From contig JADGPZ010000001.1 of assembly GCA_017882165.1 (NCBI GenBank), positions 43,529 through 107,528 on the forward strand: a stretch of 64,000 bases of DNA. Reading direction: 5' to 3'. The position numbers were made by a program, and so were the translations under genes. Numbering within the stretch: position 1 is the stretch's first letter; the number at the start of each line of letters is the position of its first letter. The notes under the pieces were generated by a model. That model saw nothing but the letters and a program-made list of their open reading frames with translations, made no database searches and was not told the origin of the DNA. Below are positions 20,948-31,033 of this stretch, piece by piece. The DNA comes from Candidatus Kapaibacterium sp. (GTDB lineage Bacteria > Bacteroidota > Ignavibacteria > Palsa-1295).

Positions 20948-21949
20948 TTACGGAAGTTCGATCACGGAAGAATCGCCAATATTAATGTGTGATGCAGCTC
21001 GCGTCACAGAGGCATGATCGCCGATCAAGCTCTGCTCGATGAGAACACCATCGACGCACGCACCCTCCCCGACAATGGAATCGCGCACGATGGCATTCAG
21101 AATACGCGCGCCCGATCCGATCGTCGCGAATGGACCGATCACGGAGTCTTCGATCTCGGCATCCTTCCAGATAAACACTGGCTCGATGATGACGGCTCGG
21201 GGATAGCTGCCCACCGCACCCGAGTTTGGGTTCTGTGCCTGCTGCCGCAACAAATGGCGGTTTGTGTCGAGCAGTGTCTCCGGCTTGCCACAATCGTACC
21301 AACCCTGAAGGTCGAACGTGGCAAACTTTTCACCGTGATCGACCATCAGTTGCAGCGCATCCGTAAGCTGATATTCGTTGCGGGTGCGGATGTTTTTAGC
21401 GACAAGTTCTTCCAGACACGCGCGGAGCAGCGGTGGGTTGCGGAAAAAGTAAAGCCCCGCGAGCATAAGATTTGTTGTCGGATTCTCGGGCTTCTCGATC
21501 AACTTTGTGGCAAACCCATCTTTCAACTCGACGATGCCAAATCGCCGTGGGTCGTCCACATAAAACACGCCGAGTGCGCTCGTCTTCATCTGAAACGCGG
21601 CCTTCAGATCGGCATCGAAGATTGTATCGCCAAGCACGATGAAGAGCGGTGAGCCGTCTGACGGGATGTGATCCCGTGCCATCCAAATTGCGTGACCGAG
21701 TCCGTGCAATTCTGTTTGTTCGACAAAGTCGGCTTTGAGATTCGGGTACGCCGTGCGCACGAACGCTTCGATCGCATTGCCCATGTAGCCAACGATGATG
21801 GTGACGCTGGTGACGCCGCTGGCAACGAGGCGGTCCAGGATATGCGCGAGTATCGGCCGTCCGGCGACCTGAAGCAGAACCTTCGGCTGGCTGTATGTGT
21901 GCGGCCTCAGCCGCGTGCCGAACCCGGCAACGGGAATGATCGCGTGCAT
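20948..21949 (-). CDS. sugar-phosphate nucleotidyltransferase with C-terminal left-handed beta-helix (hexapeptide) domain
   Basis: N-terminal IIPVAGFGTRLRP...KVLL nucleotidyltransferase motif; C-terminal hexapeptide repeats (IGDHASV, IGDSSVI). Confidence 0.85.
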   Translation of the reverse strand: MHAIIPVAGFGTRLRPHTYSQPKVLLQVAGRPILAHILDRLVASGVTSVTIIVGYMGNAIEAFVRTAYPNLKADFVEQTELHGLGHAIWMARDHIPSDGSPLFIVLGDTIFDADLKAAFQMKTSALGVFYVDDPRRFGIVELKDGFATKLIEKPENPTTNLMLAGLYFFRNPPLLRACLEELVAKNIRTRNEYQLTDALQLMVDHGEKFATFDLQGWYDCGKPETLLDTNRHLLRQQAQNPNSGAVGSYPRAVIIEPVFIWKDAEIEDSVIGPFATIGSGARILNAIVRDSIVGEGACVDGVLIEQSLIGDHASVTRAASHINIGDSSVIELP

Positions 21950-22086
21950 GACTCTCTGAACCCGGATTTCATCAGATTCATTAGATTGTTTAGATGTTTT
22001 TCACGAAGACTATCGTCAAAATCCCTTAAATCTCCTAAAATCATGGTTCTGACAATTATTTTCGATTCGAGCGGTGTTGCACTGTC

Positions 22087-23121
22087 ATGAAGCGGCCACT
22101 ATTCTATTTCTCGCTGGCATTCAGCGTGGCCGTTGGCCTCGCCGGGTGCGATTCCACGCTCAGTGTTACGACCATGCAGGTCGTAAACGAAGTTGCCTGG
22201 CTGCCGGACGAATCGGGCATGGTTGCCATTGTCCAGCAGCAGACACAAGATGCCACCACGGGCGCGACCACCCTCACAGGAGGACTTTATCGCATCGGCG
22301 CCGATGGATCAATTGGCACGCAGATCAACACGCAGGATAAGCAGATCATAGCAAATCGCTATCCGCCGATCATCTGTGTGTCGAAGGATGGCCGGACGGC
22401 GATCGCACAGGTCGGCATCAACATCTACCGCGTCGATCTCACGACAAATACCGCGACGATTATCGTCGCCAATCAGAATCTGCTCGGCGTTTCGCCGGGG
22501 ATGAAATATCTGATTTCCACGGAAACCCCACCGAATGGATTCGGCACTTCCCAGGGAGGGCCGCGCCTTTGCTTTGTGTATAATCTTTCCGTCAACCCTC
22601 CGCGCGAGGTCTCAGAACCGACGCTCAACGGCGTCTTCGACTCGCGCGCGCTGTGGCTCGATGATGCTACCTTCGCATTCTCGGGCGTGGACTCGCTCCG
22701 GCACTGGCAAGTTCGAATTTACGATACGACCGGCACGGTAAGGCAAATTATCCCGGAGGCGCTCATGGCCTATCATCAGAGCGCGTATGCCCGTCAGGCC
22801 AATGCGCTCTTCGTCTATAACGATTCCTTCGGCATCGACCGGGTCGATCTTACGACCGGCGTCCGGACCACCGCGATCGTGCATGATTCGGTCCAGAGTA
22901 TGGACGTAAGCGCCTCGGGCAATCTTATCGCCTATTGCTCCGGCGGAACAGTCGGGCCATATACACTCTACGCGCTCAATCCCCTGACTGGAAAGACCAA
23001 TGCAATCGCGACCGATGCAATGGTCGTTGTCATGTCCCCCAACGGCGACCGCGTTGCCTATTTACGCAACTCGGGCGGCTACCCGGTGGATATTCACGTC
23101 CTGCCGATTTCGCTGCCATAG
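22087..23121 (+). CDS. lipoprotein with TolB-like/PD40 beta-propeller repeats
   Basis: Lipobox VGLAGCDS; repeated SxDGxxIAY-type blades (SKDGRTAIAQ, SASGNLIAYCS, SPNGDRVAYLRN). Confidence 0.6.
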   Translation: MKRPLFYFSLAFSVAVGLAGCDSTLSVTTMQVVNEVAWLPDESGMVAIVQQQTQDATTGATTLTGGLYRIGADGSIGTQINTQDKQIIANRYPPIICVSKDGRTAIAQVGINIYRVDLTTNTATIIVANQNLLGVSPGMKYLISTETPPNGFGTSQGGPRLCFVYNLSVNPPREVSEPTLNGVFDSRALWLDDATFAFSGVDSLRHWQVRIYDTTGTVRQIIPEALMAYHQSAYARQANALFVYNDSFGIDRVDLTTGVRTTAIVHDSVQSMDVSASGNLIAYCSGGTVGPYTLYALNPLTGKTNAIATDAMVVVMSPNGDRVAYLRNSGGYPVDIHVLPISLP

Positions 23122-23128
23122 CAAAAAA

Positions 23129-23150
23129 GGCCGAACATCGCTGCCCGGCC
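23129..23150. terminator. bidirectional hairpin terminator between convergent genes
   Basis: A6-GGCCGaacatcgctgccCGGCC-ttcatcAAAA; T-run on minus strand side. Confidence 0.45.
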
Positions 23151-23179
23151 TTCATCAAAACCACCAAGAAAACAATCCT

Positions 23180-23713
23180 TTAATTCAGCAACGCCTGGAG
23201 GCGGTAGAACGCGTCCTTGGCGAGCGTATAGCTCGGTTCGAGATCGAGCGAGCTTTTGTACTCGTGCAGCGCTTCGAACCAAAGTCCACGGCGCTCCAGA
23301 ATGCGGCCGTAATTATAGTGCGGAAAGTGCGGCGTCGCGTAGCGGCTCGCTTTCATCGCAAGTTCGAGATACGGAATCGCCTCGTCCAGCTCGCCCTGCT
23401 GGATCATGTATGCGCCAATGTCATTGTATGGATTGCCGAAATCCGGATCGAGCTCGATCGCGTTTTCGCACTCGGCAATCGCCGAATCATAATCGCCTAA
23501 GAAGCTATATGCCCATCCCAAGAACGTGTGCGCCTCGGCGGTCGGCATGACCTCGATCGACTTTTTGTAGCTCTCGATCGCCTCGTTCAGATGCCCCGAC
23601 ATTTGAAGCCGGTAGGCCCGCTGCAAGAATTCCTGCGCGCGCTCCTTCAGTCCTGCATCCCCCGAATCCTCGGGTGTGCGGTCGTCCGGACCAAGTATGT
23701 TTGTCTGTCTCAT
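23180..23713 (-). CDS. TPR-repeat protein
   Basis: Three to four TPR units (AYRLQMSGHLNEAIESYKKSIEV..., FLGWAYSFLGDYDSAIAECENAIELDP...). Confidence 0.7.
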   Translation of the reverse strand: MRQTNILGPDDRTPEDSGDAGLKERAQEFLQRAYRLQMSGHLNEAIESYKKSIEVMPTAEAHTFLGWAYSFLGDYDSAIAECENAIELDPDFGNPYNDIGAYMIQQGELDEAIPYLELAMKASRYATPHFPHYNYGRILERRGLWFEALHEYKSSLDLEPSYTLAKDAFYRLQALLN

Positions 23714-24116
23714 AAGATTGCCTCTTAGTACTCTTCGGTATTCCGGCTTCAATGTTTCGTTTTCCTTCCGGCTGTCAGGATTGTCTCTTCTACTCGTCCA
23801 GACTGCCTTGCGATCCGTACATCCAACGAAAACAATGCCAATCGCTCAAAGTGCTATATTCCGTTCATTCTGGCCGCTTTTGTCCGATTTCTACTTCTGC
23901 CGATGTGTCACAGAGCCTGACGTGATGGATCGCATGCCCGCCACTCCGTGCTCGGCACATGCCTATGGCACATGCCTGTGTTAATAGGACACGCGAAACG
24001 GCGAAAGGTAACAATGAATAATTGATTAGAATAGAGATGATGGTGGGCGCATTCGGGCGCGCAATGGTGTTTAGCAATTCTCATCACGCTTTTTTTCACT
24101 CGTTACTATTGAAATC

Positions 24117-24539
24117 ATGGCAAATCTTAAAGGCAGCAAGACATTCGAAAATTTGAAGGAAGGCTTCGCCGGCGAGTCGCAGGCGAACCGCCGCTATCTC
24201 TATTTCGCGCGGACGGCGGACATCGAAGGACATCCCGATGTCGCCGGTGTATTCCGCGACACCGCCGAAGGCGAGACCGGACATGCATTCGGACACATGG
24301 AATACATCGCCGAAGTCGGTGATCCGGCTACGGGACTTCCGGTTGGTGACACCAAGACGAACCTCATGGCCGCCGTCGCCGGTGAGACCTACGAGTACAC
24401 CGAGATGTATCCCGGCTTCGCCCGCACCGCGCGCGAGGAAGGCTTCGACGAGATCGCTGAGTGGTTCGAGACTCTGGCCCGCGCGGAGAAATCACATGCG
24501 GGGCGGTTCCAGAAGGCGCATGACTCGGTCGGTGCATGA
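24117..24539 (+). CDS. rubrerythrin-family diiron protein (ferritin-like domain only, no rubredoxin domain)
   Basis: Diiron ligands E-x2-H pairs (GESQANRRY..., EGETGHAFGHMEY, AGETYEYTEMYP, EKSHAGRF). Confidence 0.88.
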   Translation: MANLKGSKTFENLKEGFAGESQANRRYLYFARTADIEGHPDVAGVFRDTAEGETGHAFGHMEYIAEVGDPATGLPVGDTKTNLMAAVAGETYEYTEMYPGFARTAREEGFDEIAEWFETLARAEKSHAGRFQKAHDSVGA

Positions 24540-25903
24540 CCTTTGACGTTCAGGATCCACTTTACTGGGACGCCGCAGATCTCCAGCGCGATTTCACTCG
24601 CGTCCTGGAGATCTGCAATGGCTGTCGCTTGTGCGACAACCTCTGTCCCCCCTTCTCGGACATCTTCGACCGCATCGAAGCTGAAGATGACAAGCTCACT
24701 GCGGCGGGTACTGCTTCTGAGAACCCTGTTCTTCACCTCACACAGGCCGACTACGATCACACGGTCGATACTTGCTATCAGTGCAAACTCTGTTATCCGA
24801 AATGCCCCTACACTCCGCCGCACGAGTACCAACTCGATTTTCCGCGCCTGCTCTTGCGAGCTGACGCGATCAAGACGAAGGAGCACGGCAAGTCCTTTAA
24901 GAATAATCTACGCGACTTCGTAACCGGTGATACCGATCGTGCCGGTGCTGTCGGCACGGCTATTCCCAGCGTAATGAATTGGGCCGCGAAGAATTCTCTC
25001 ACGCGCACTGCGATGGAAGTGACGATCGGCATCGACCGGCGCAAGAAACTGCCGGAGTATACGCACGAGACGTTCCGGTCTTGGTGGCACAAACGACAAC
25101 CATCCTCCCGAATCGTGGGCGATGCGCCCCGCCTTGAAAAGGCGGGGGAGCAAGTCGAGAAGGTCGCGCTGTTTTACACCTGCATGCTCGATCAGAACAA
25201 GCCCTGGATCGGCAAGGACTATGTCGAGATACTCGAGAAGTTTGGGATCGAGATCGCGGTGCCGGAGCAAGAGTGTTGCGGTATGCCAGAACTTGGAACG
25301 GGGAATATCCCCAAGGTGACTGAAACGGTTGACCGCAACATCGCGCGGTTGCTGCCGTGGGTGGAGAAAGGTTACAAGATCATTGCGATGAGTCCGAGTT
25401 GCTCGATGATGCTCCGGCTCGAACAGGAGAATTACGCAACCGACAAGGCCGCAGCACGCCGTGTCATGTCCGCGATCCTCGATCCGTGCGAGTACTTGAT
25501 GAAACTGCACCGCGAGAAAAAGATTGTGCTTGAATTCCCGGCAAGCGCCGCGCTGAGCGTTGGGACAAACGTGACGTATCATCTGCCATGTCACCTTCGC
25601 GTGCAGAATATCGGCTATAACTCGCGCGACCTGATGAAGCTGATTCCGGGCGTCACAGTCACGATGGTCCAGCAGTGCTCGGGACACGATGGCTCGTGGT
25701 CGGCCAAGAAAGAGTATTACGAGATTTCACTCGATGTTGGCAAGAAGCTGTTCAAGGCGATCGACAAAGACAAACCGGCGACGGTCGCGAGTGATTGTTC
25801 GCTCGCCCACCTCCACATTGAGGAAGGCACGGGCGAGCACGCCCAGCATCCGATTGAGATCGTCTATCGGGCGATGGGGCTGACAGAACCTGGATTACGC
25901 TGA
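24536..25903 (+). CDS. (Fe-S)-binding protein: two 4Fe-4S ferredoxin motifs plus two CCG cysteine-rich domains (GlpC/HdrD/LutA-like)
   Basis: CNGCRLCDNLCP and CYQCKLCYPKCP motifs; two CCG-type Cys clusters (FYTCM, QECCGMPE; YHLPCH, QQCSGHD); ATGA overlap with rubrerythrin. Confidence 0.85.
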   Translation: MTFDVQDPLYWDAADLQRDFTRVLEICNGCRLCDNLCPPFSDIFDRIEAEDDKLTAAGTASENPVLHLTQADYDHTVDTCYQCKLCYPKCPYTPPHEYQLDFPRLLLRADAIKTKEHGKSFKNNLRDFVTGDTDRAGAVGTAIPSVMNWAAKNSLTRTAMEVTIGIDRRKKLPEYTHETFRSWWHKRQPSSRIVGDAPRLEKAGEQVEKVALFYTCMLDQNKPWIGKDYVEILEKFGIEIAVPEQECCGMPELGTGNIPKVTETVDRNIARLLPWVEKGYKIIAMSPSCSMMLRLEQENYATDKAAARRVMSAILDPCEYLMKLHREKKIVLEFPASAALSVGTNVTYHLPCHLRVQNIGYNSRDLMKLIPGVTVTMVQQCSGHDGSWSAKKEYYEISLDVGKKLFKAIDKDKPATVASDCSLAHLHIEEGTGEHAQHPIEIVYRAMGLTEPGLR

Positions 25904-25945
25904 TTAAGGGGGATTACGCGGATTGATTTTACGGATTGATTCTCA

Positions 25946-27178
25946 TTGAAGCTTTTTCATAATATCCGCAAGCTCTACACCCCGCTCGGCTCCATAGTCC
26001 TGAGCGGCGTGGCGATGGATGGTATGCATGAGATTGAGGATGCCGCAATCCTCGTGCGTGACGACGGTACGATCGAGGAAGTTGGTCCCGCTTCATCCTT
26101 CATCCCTCATCCTTCATCCTTCTCGATAGATTGTCGCGGTCTCGTGGCCCTGCCAGGATTCGTCGATTCGCATACGCATTGTGTGTTCGCCGGAGAGCGC
26201 AGTCAGGAAGCCGCCATGCGCGCCGAAGGGCGCTCGTATCAGGAGATCGCGGCAATGGGCGGAGGGATTCGATCTTCCGTCGAGCAGGTTCGCAGTGCAA
26301 GCGTGGAAGAGATCGTCGCCTATTCCAAACCGTTCGTCAAACGAGCGCTTGACCTTGGGACGACGACGATGGAGGTCAAGTCTGGCTATGGACTTTCAAC
26401 GAGCGACGAGCGGAAACTGCTCGGAGCCGCTGCTCGATTGGGAATCGAGACCGCGATGGAAGTCGTCATCACCTATCTCGGTGCGCACGCGGTCCCAAGG
26501 GGCAAATCACAATCGGAGTATGTGGATGAGATCGTGAACGAGCAGCTTCCGGCATTGCATGGCCTGGCCGAATTCTGCGATGTCTTCATGGACGAAGGTT
26601 ACTTCACCCGCGAAGAAACAATCCGCATTTGCACTCGCGCCAAAGAGCTTGGCATGAAGATCAAGCTTCACGCCGACGAACTGGCCGAGACCGATGGCGC
26701 CCACACCGCCGTCCAACTTGGCACCTACAGCGCGGATCATTTGCTGAAGATAAGCGAGGAAGGTATACGGGCGCTGGCTGCGAGCGAGCGGACTGTGGCG
26801 ACATTGCTGCCGATAACCGCTCTCAGTCTCCGCGCGCCGTATGCTCCGGCCCGCAAACTGATCGATGCCGGATGCGCGGTCGCGATCGCCACCGACTGCA
26901 ATCCCGGCAGTGCAATGAGCGAGAACATGCAGCTTGCCATGTCGCTTGCCGTCTTTGGAATGCAGATGACGCCTGCCGAGGCGCTGACCGCTGCGACGCT
27001 GAATGGCGCCGCTGCGCTGGACCGTGCGAAAACACACGGCTCACTTGAGCGGAATAAACTCGCAGACTTCGTGTTGTATGATATTCCTCGACTGGACTAT
27101 CTTCCGTATCACGTGGGTGTAAGCGACATCGTGAGTGTTGTCAAACGCGGAAAGATCGTATCGGGTGAAAAGCTTTAG
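25946..27178 (+). CDS. hutI: imidazolonepropionase
   Basis: Amidohydrolase metal site FVDSHTHCVF, GGGI...TTTMEVKSGYGL, HADE, ATDCNPGS closely matching HutI. Confidence 0.85.
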   Translation: MKLFHNIRKLYTPLGSIVLSGVAMDGMHEIEDAAILVRDDGTIEEVGPASSFIPHPSSFSIDCRGLVALPGFVDSHTHCVFAGERSQEAAMRAEGRSYQEIAAMGGGIRSSVEQVRSASVEEIVAYSKPFVKRALDLGTTTMEVKSGYGLSTSDERKLLGAAARLGIETAMEVVITYLGAHAVPRGKSQSEYVDEIVNEQLPALHGLAEFCDVFMDEGYFTREETIRICTRAKELGMKIKLHADELAETDGAHTAVQLGTYSADHLLKISEEGIRALAASERTVATLLPITALSLRAPYAPARKLIDAGCAVAIATDCNPGSAMSENMQLAMSLAVFGMQMTPAEALTAATLNGAAALDRAKTHGSLERNKLADFVLYDIPRLDYLPYHVGVSDIVSVVKRGKIVSGEKL

Positions 27179-27184
27179 CAGCGA

Positions 27185-27652
27185 ATGAAGCAAGTCATTT
27201 TCCTTATCGTTATCATTTTGTGGAGCGTCCTGCAGGCGCGGCGCAAGGCGTTGCGCGAGGCGAAACGGCGGCAGCTTGCGAATCTCCCACTTCCAGGCTC
27301 CGATAATTCTTACCGGAGCACTCCACCGGTTGCCGATGAGCCGTATGTGGATTCGGACGAACCGGAACTCCCGCCAGAAATCCAACGGATGCTCCAGTAT
27401 TCGCGCCAGCGGACGCCGGCGCCAATCGAGCGGCAAGCGGAAGAAGTGCAACCGGAAGTGGTCGAGACAATCGTGCCGACGCTCGCGCCGGAATCTCCTC
27501 TCATGGCAGATGCATACGCCATCGCTGGTCCAACGCGCCGTCGCTTCGTGTTCGATCGCGAAGCAGTTCGGACGTTTGTTGTGACGCGGGAGGTGCTTGG
27601 TCCGCCGCGCTCGCGCAAGCCGTTCCGTATTCGTCCGAAAGCTCAGGAGTAA
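27185..27652 (+). CDS. hypothetical membrane-anchored Pro/Glu-rich protein
   Basis: N-terminal TM MKQVIFLIVIILWSVL; no recognised domain. Confidence 0.45.
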   Translation: MKQVIFLIVIILWSVLQARRKALREAKRRQLANLPLPGSDNSYRSTPPVADEPYVDSDEPELPPEIQRMLQYSRQRTPAPIERQAEEVQPEVVETIVPTLAPESPLMADAYAIAGPTRRRFVFDREAVRTFVVTREVLGPPRSRKPFRIRPKAQE

Positions 27653-27655
27653 TTC

Positions 27656-28906
27656 ATGCCCGTCCCGCGCAAGCAACTCGAGCTTCCCGATATGCTCGAT
27701 CGGAAGAACTTCGACATCACGACGTTTTTTTCCGTTCTCCTTCTCGTCACCGCCGGCTTCCTCGCGATCTACAGCGCGACCTACGCGGCCAACATGAACA
27801 ACCGTTTCGGCTCACAGTTGTTGTTCGCCGGGATCGGCATCGCTGGCATGATCGTCATGGCGATGCTGCCGGTTCGCTGGTTTCAGGCCATCGCGTATCC
27901 ACTCTATGGAATCAGCATCGCGCTTCTGATTTTTGTTGCCTTCCAGGGTAAGCTCGTCTATGGTCACCGCAGTTGGATTGCAATCGGCAGCTTCCAGTTT
28001 CAGCCGTCCGAAATCGCAAAGCTCGCGACCATCTTCACTATCGGCGCATTCCTGAACAAAGGCCGCGATTTGAGAGACATCAAGAACATCCTGATCGTCT
28101 GCGGACTGGTCCTGCTCCCCATCGCGCTCATCCTTAAAGAGCCCGATCCTGGCACGGCCGTTATCTTTGCGGGCGTGATGGTTGTGCTTCTGCTCTGGTC
28201 CGGCGTCGATCTCTTTCTCCTCGCGGCGGTCGTCATTCCTGTACTTGTCGCCGTGCTATCACTCTTCGGACAGACGCCGACGATTGTTTCCGTGCTCGCG
28301 GGCGGCATCATCTTCTTCTTTGTCTTCCGGCGCAATCTTGTCCTGACGGTACTCGCCTTCGGAGTTGTGATAGCGATTGCCTTCTCCACGAATTTCATCT
28401 ACGAGCATCTACATCAGTTCCAACGCAATCGCATACAGGTGTTGCTCGATCCAGAACTCGATCCGCTCGGCGCGGGATACAATGTCATTCAGACGCGCAT
28501 GGCGATTGGCTCCGGCGGACTGTTAGGCAAAGGGTATCTGCGCGGCACTCAGACGCAACTCCGCTACGTACCGAAGCAGTGGACCGACTTCATCATCAGC
28601 GTGCCGGCGGAGGAATTCGGATTTGCGGGCGCGGTGGTGATCCTGATGCTCTACCTCTTCGTGATCTTCCGAGGCGTCGCGATTGCATCCAGTGTGCGAA
28701 GTATTTTCTCCAGCGTCGTCGCGATGGGTATCGCCGGCATCTGGTTCTTGCACGTGACCGTCAACATCGGCATGGCGCTCGGACTCATGCCCGTCATCGG
28801 TATCCCGCTGCCGTTCATGTCCTACGGCGGCTCCGCGCTGCTGACCAATCTCCTCATGGCCGGCATCCTGATGAATCTCTACCGCAACCGGAAGGTGCTA
28901 TTTTAA
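27656..28906 (+). CDS. rodA: FtsW/RodA/SpoVE family peptidoglycan glycosyltransferase (likely RodA)
   Basis: 10 TM segments and SEDS family conserved blocks (FQPSEIAKL, PDPGTA, RMAIGSGGLLGKG, DFI). Confidence 0.88.
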   Translation: MPVPRKQLELPDMLDRKNFDITTFFSVLLLVTAGFLAIYSATYAANMNNRFGSQLLFAGIGIAGMIVMAMLPVRWFQAIAYPLYGISIALLIFVAFQGKLVYGHRSWIAIGSFQFQPSEIAKLATIFTIGAFLNKGRDLRDIKNILIVCGLVLLPIALILKEPDPGTAVIFAGVMVVLLLWSGVDLFLLAAVVIPVLVAVLSLFGQTPTIVSVLAGGIIFFFVFRRNLVLTVLAFGVVIAIAFSTNFIYEHLHQFQRNRIQVLLDPELDPLGAGYNVIQTRMAIGSGGLLGKGYLRGTQTQLRYVPKQWTDFIISVPAEEFGFAGAVVILMLYLFVIFRGVAIASSVRSIFSSVVAMGIAGIWFLHVTVNIGMALGLMPVIGIPLPFMSYGGSALLTNLLMAGILMNLYRNRKVLF

Positions 28907-28914
28907 CCGCGAGG

Positions 28915-30963
28915 TTATTCGAACATAGAGACTTTCGCAAATCGCCGTTCTCCGCTCTCGGACTGAAACACGACGAAATACACTCCTGCCGGAAGCGGCC
29001 CCGTGATGTAGTTGGCGATTCCAGCTTGTGCTTGTGAAGAATAGAAGCACCGGCCATCCGAGCGATAGACATAAACGCTTCCCCGCTCCGAAGGCGGAGT
29101 GATGGTGATACGTCCGCGATTGGCATACGCTTTGAGCGGTTCTTCGGAATGCATTGGCCAGGGTTGAACCCCAGCGGAAGCTGCGCTCTTCAAAACAACA
29201 ACGGTTCCATCGTCACATCCTATAGCGACGTTGCCAGTGACGGCATTTAGTGCGGCTGAAGTGATCTTCTCACCTGCATAGTATATCGAGTCTACTATTT
29301 TCCCAGTGTAGCAATCGAAGATTCTTACGATTGAGTCCGTTAGCGGAGGAATTGCCACGTTCCTATCTCCTGGCATGAGTACCATTCCATACAGCCATGG
29401 GTTGCCCGAAACAGTCGCCACTGTCAAGCTGTCATTGTCAAGATTATGAATCTCAAATTGATATGGTGCAGCGCGGCCAAAAACGATTCTCCTGTCATCG
29501 GACGTAAATTCAGCCGACAACAAAAAGCCCGTATAAGGAATGGTCTTCATTCTCTGATGAGTCAACCGATCCCAAATTACAAAATCACTTCCCTCGGGAA
29601 CCCCAATCATTTCACCGGAATGAGAATAACACGCGAAAGTAGCAGCATGGGCGATATCGTAGCGGTGAATGATCTCTAAGCTCTTGGCGCTCCATTCGAA
29701 CATTTCTCCAGATTCCGAAGTCGTTACAAAGGAAGTGTCATCCGGGGAGAATGTTGCAGACCAGATGTTGCCGGTATGACCAAATAACACCTGCGCCGAG
29801 TCTGAGGCTTTCGACCAAAATCTCAAAGTATCGCTGTTTGCGGAGACGATAAAGGAAGCGTCGCGGGAAACCGAGAGGCACGATTGAACGCTATCGCAGG
29901 TGAGCAGCCTCTTTCTGATCCCAGATTGCGCTTCCCACACCATGATGGATTGATCGCGAGAAGAGCTTACGAGCCAATTCCCATCAGGAGAAAATGCAAT
30001 ATTGCGTATAGTCCAATTGTGTGAATTCAGTGACCCAAGGTAAGTCCGCTGCAAGATCGAGTAAAGCGAAACGTCGCTTCCACCCGTGACAACGATTGTG
30101 TCAATGCCAATAAACGAAAGGAGCGTTGCGCCCATCGGAGTTTGAATCAGTGCCACAGAGGAATCCGACGGCTTCATTAATTGGATTCCGCCAATGATGG
30201 CTGCTGCTATAATCTGTCTGCCGGGACTATAGGCAATAGCATTATTATCAGCCTCGGTAGAGAGAGGCCACTGACACGCCACAGTACCCGATGTATCCAG
30301 TACGAACAGGCCATGATCTTCAACGTAAATCTGATCTGATCTCAATGGAGAAAATCCGAGAGCTGACGGAGGATTTAAGAATTGCGCATACCGATGAATG
30401 ATGTGATGAGATGCAACGTCAATGAGTTCAACGCTTCGATTTATCCCGGTGAGAAGAGATCGGCCGTCAGGGCTGAAGCGAACTGGACCCTGCACATTCG
30501 ACCATGTGCCAACCTCTGCGGCATTTCCTCTGTCAAAAAGGTGCAAGATCCAATCATCCGTGATGTAAGCGATGAGGTTGCCGTTAGGAGTTGCATCCAG
30601 AGACAGCACTGTGTTGTTGGCCCAATTGACCACTTGGGCATAGGTGTTCTTGAACGGGTTCCAAGAAACGATCCCTTGACCTCCTGCAAGCAGTTCCGAG
30701 TCGCTTTCGAGAAAAGCCGAACACTTCCCAAGCCCGACAAGCCCATAACGATTTCGCTGCGCCCGCTCACCAGATTTGAGGGACCAATAGCCTCCTTCGC
30801 CATTCAAACTTGCAGTGAAGACACTCTGATCGCGTTCCGATGCGGAAATGCACGTAACAATATCACTCGGCCCAGAGACGCGAGACCACAGAACGTCCCA
30901 GCCGCTCTGAGCGGAGGCGACATCCGCCAAGAATAGTGAAATTATGGCAAGCAGTATCTTCAA
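28915..30963 (-). CDS. WD40/beta-propeller repeat protein with T9SS C-terminal sorting domain
   Basis: Signal peptide; many SxDG/SPDG blade repeats; C-terminal VYVYRSDGRCFYS...GVYFVVFQSESGERRFAKV CTD; visibly lower GC than flanks. Confidence 0.72.
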   Translation of the reverse strand: MKILLAIISLFLADVASAQSGWDVLWSRVSGPSDIVTCISASERDQSVFTASLNGEGGYWSLKSGERAQRNRYGLVGLGKCSAFLESDSELLAGGQGIVSWNPFKNTYAQVVNWANNTVLSLDATPNGNLIAYITDDWILHLFDRGNAAEVGTWSNVQGPVRFSPDGRSLLTGINRSVELIDVASHHIIHRYAQFLNPPSALGFSPLRSDQIYVEDHGLFVLDTSGTVACQWPLSTEADNNAIAYSPGRQIIAAAIIGGIQLMKPSDSSVALIQTPMGATLLSFIGIDTIVVTGGSDVSLYSILQRTYLGSLNSHNWTIRNIAFSPDGNWLVSSSRDQSIMVWEAQSGIRKRLLTCDSVQSCLSVSRDASFIVSANSDTLRFWSKASDSAQVLFGHTGNIWSATFSPDDTSFVTTSESGEMFEWSAKSLEIIHRYDIAHAATFACYSHSGEMIGVPEGSDFVIWDRLTHQRMKTIPYTGFLLSAEFTSDDRRIVFGRAAPYQFEIHNLDNDSLTVATVSGNPWLYGMVLMPGDRNVAIPPLTDSIVRIFDCYTGKIVDSIYYAGEKITSAALNAVTGNVAIGCDDGTVVVLKSAASAGVQPWPMHSEEPLKAYANRGRITITPPSERGSVYVYRSDGRCFYSSQAQAGIANYITGPLPAGVYFVVFQSESGERRFAKVSMFE

Positions 30964-31033
30964 TTCAGTGCTTGATGCAAGCGATTAAGCAATACCGCCC
31001 TACTCGTGTAGAGAGATGCGTTTGAAATTCAAT

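Noticed and set aside
26090-26125. Short tandem CATCCTT repeats
   Set aside because: Inside the hutI coding sequence (encodes SSFIPHPSSFS); simple low-complexity coding repeat.
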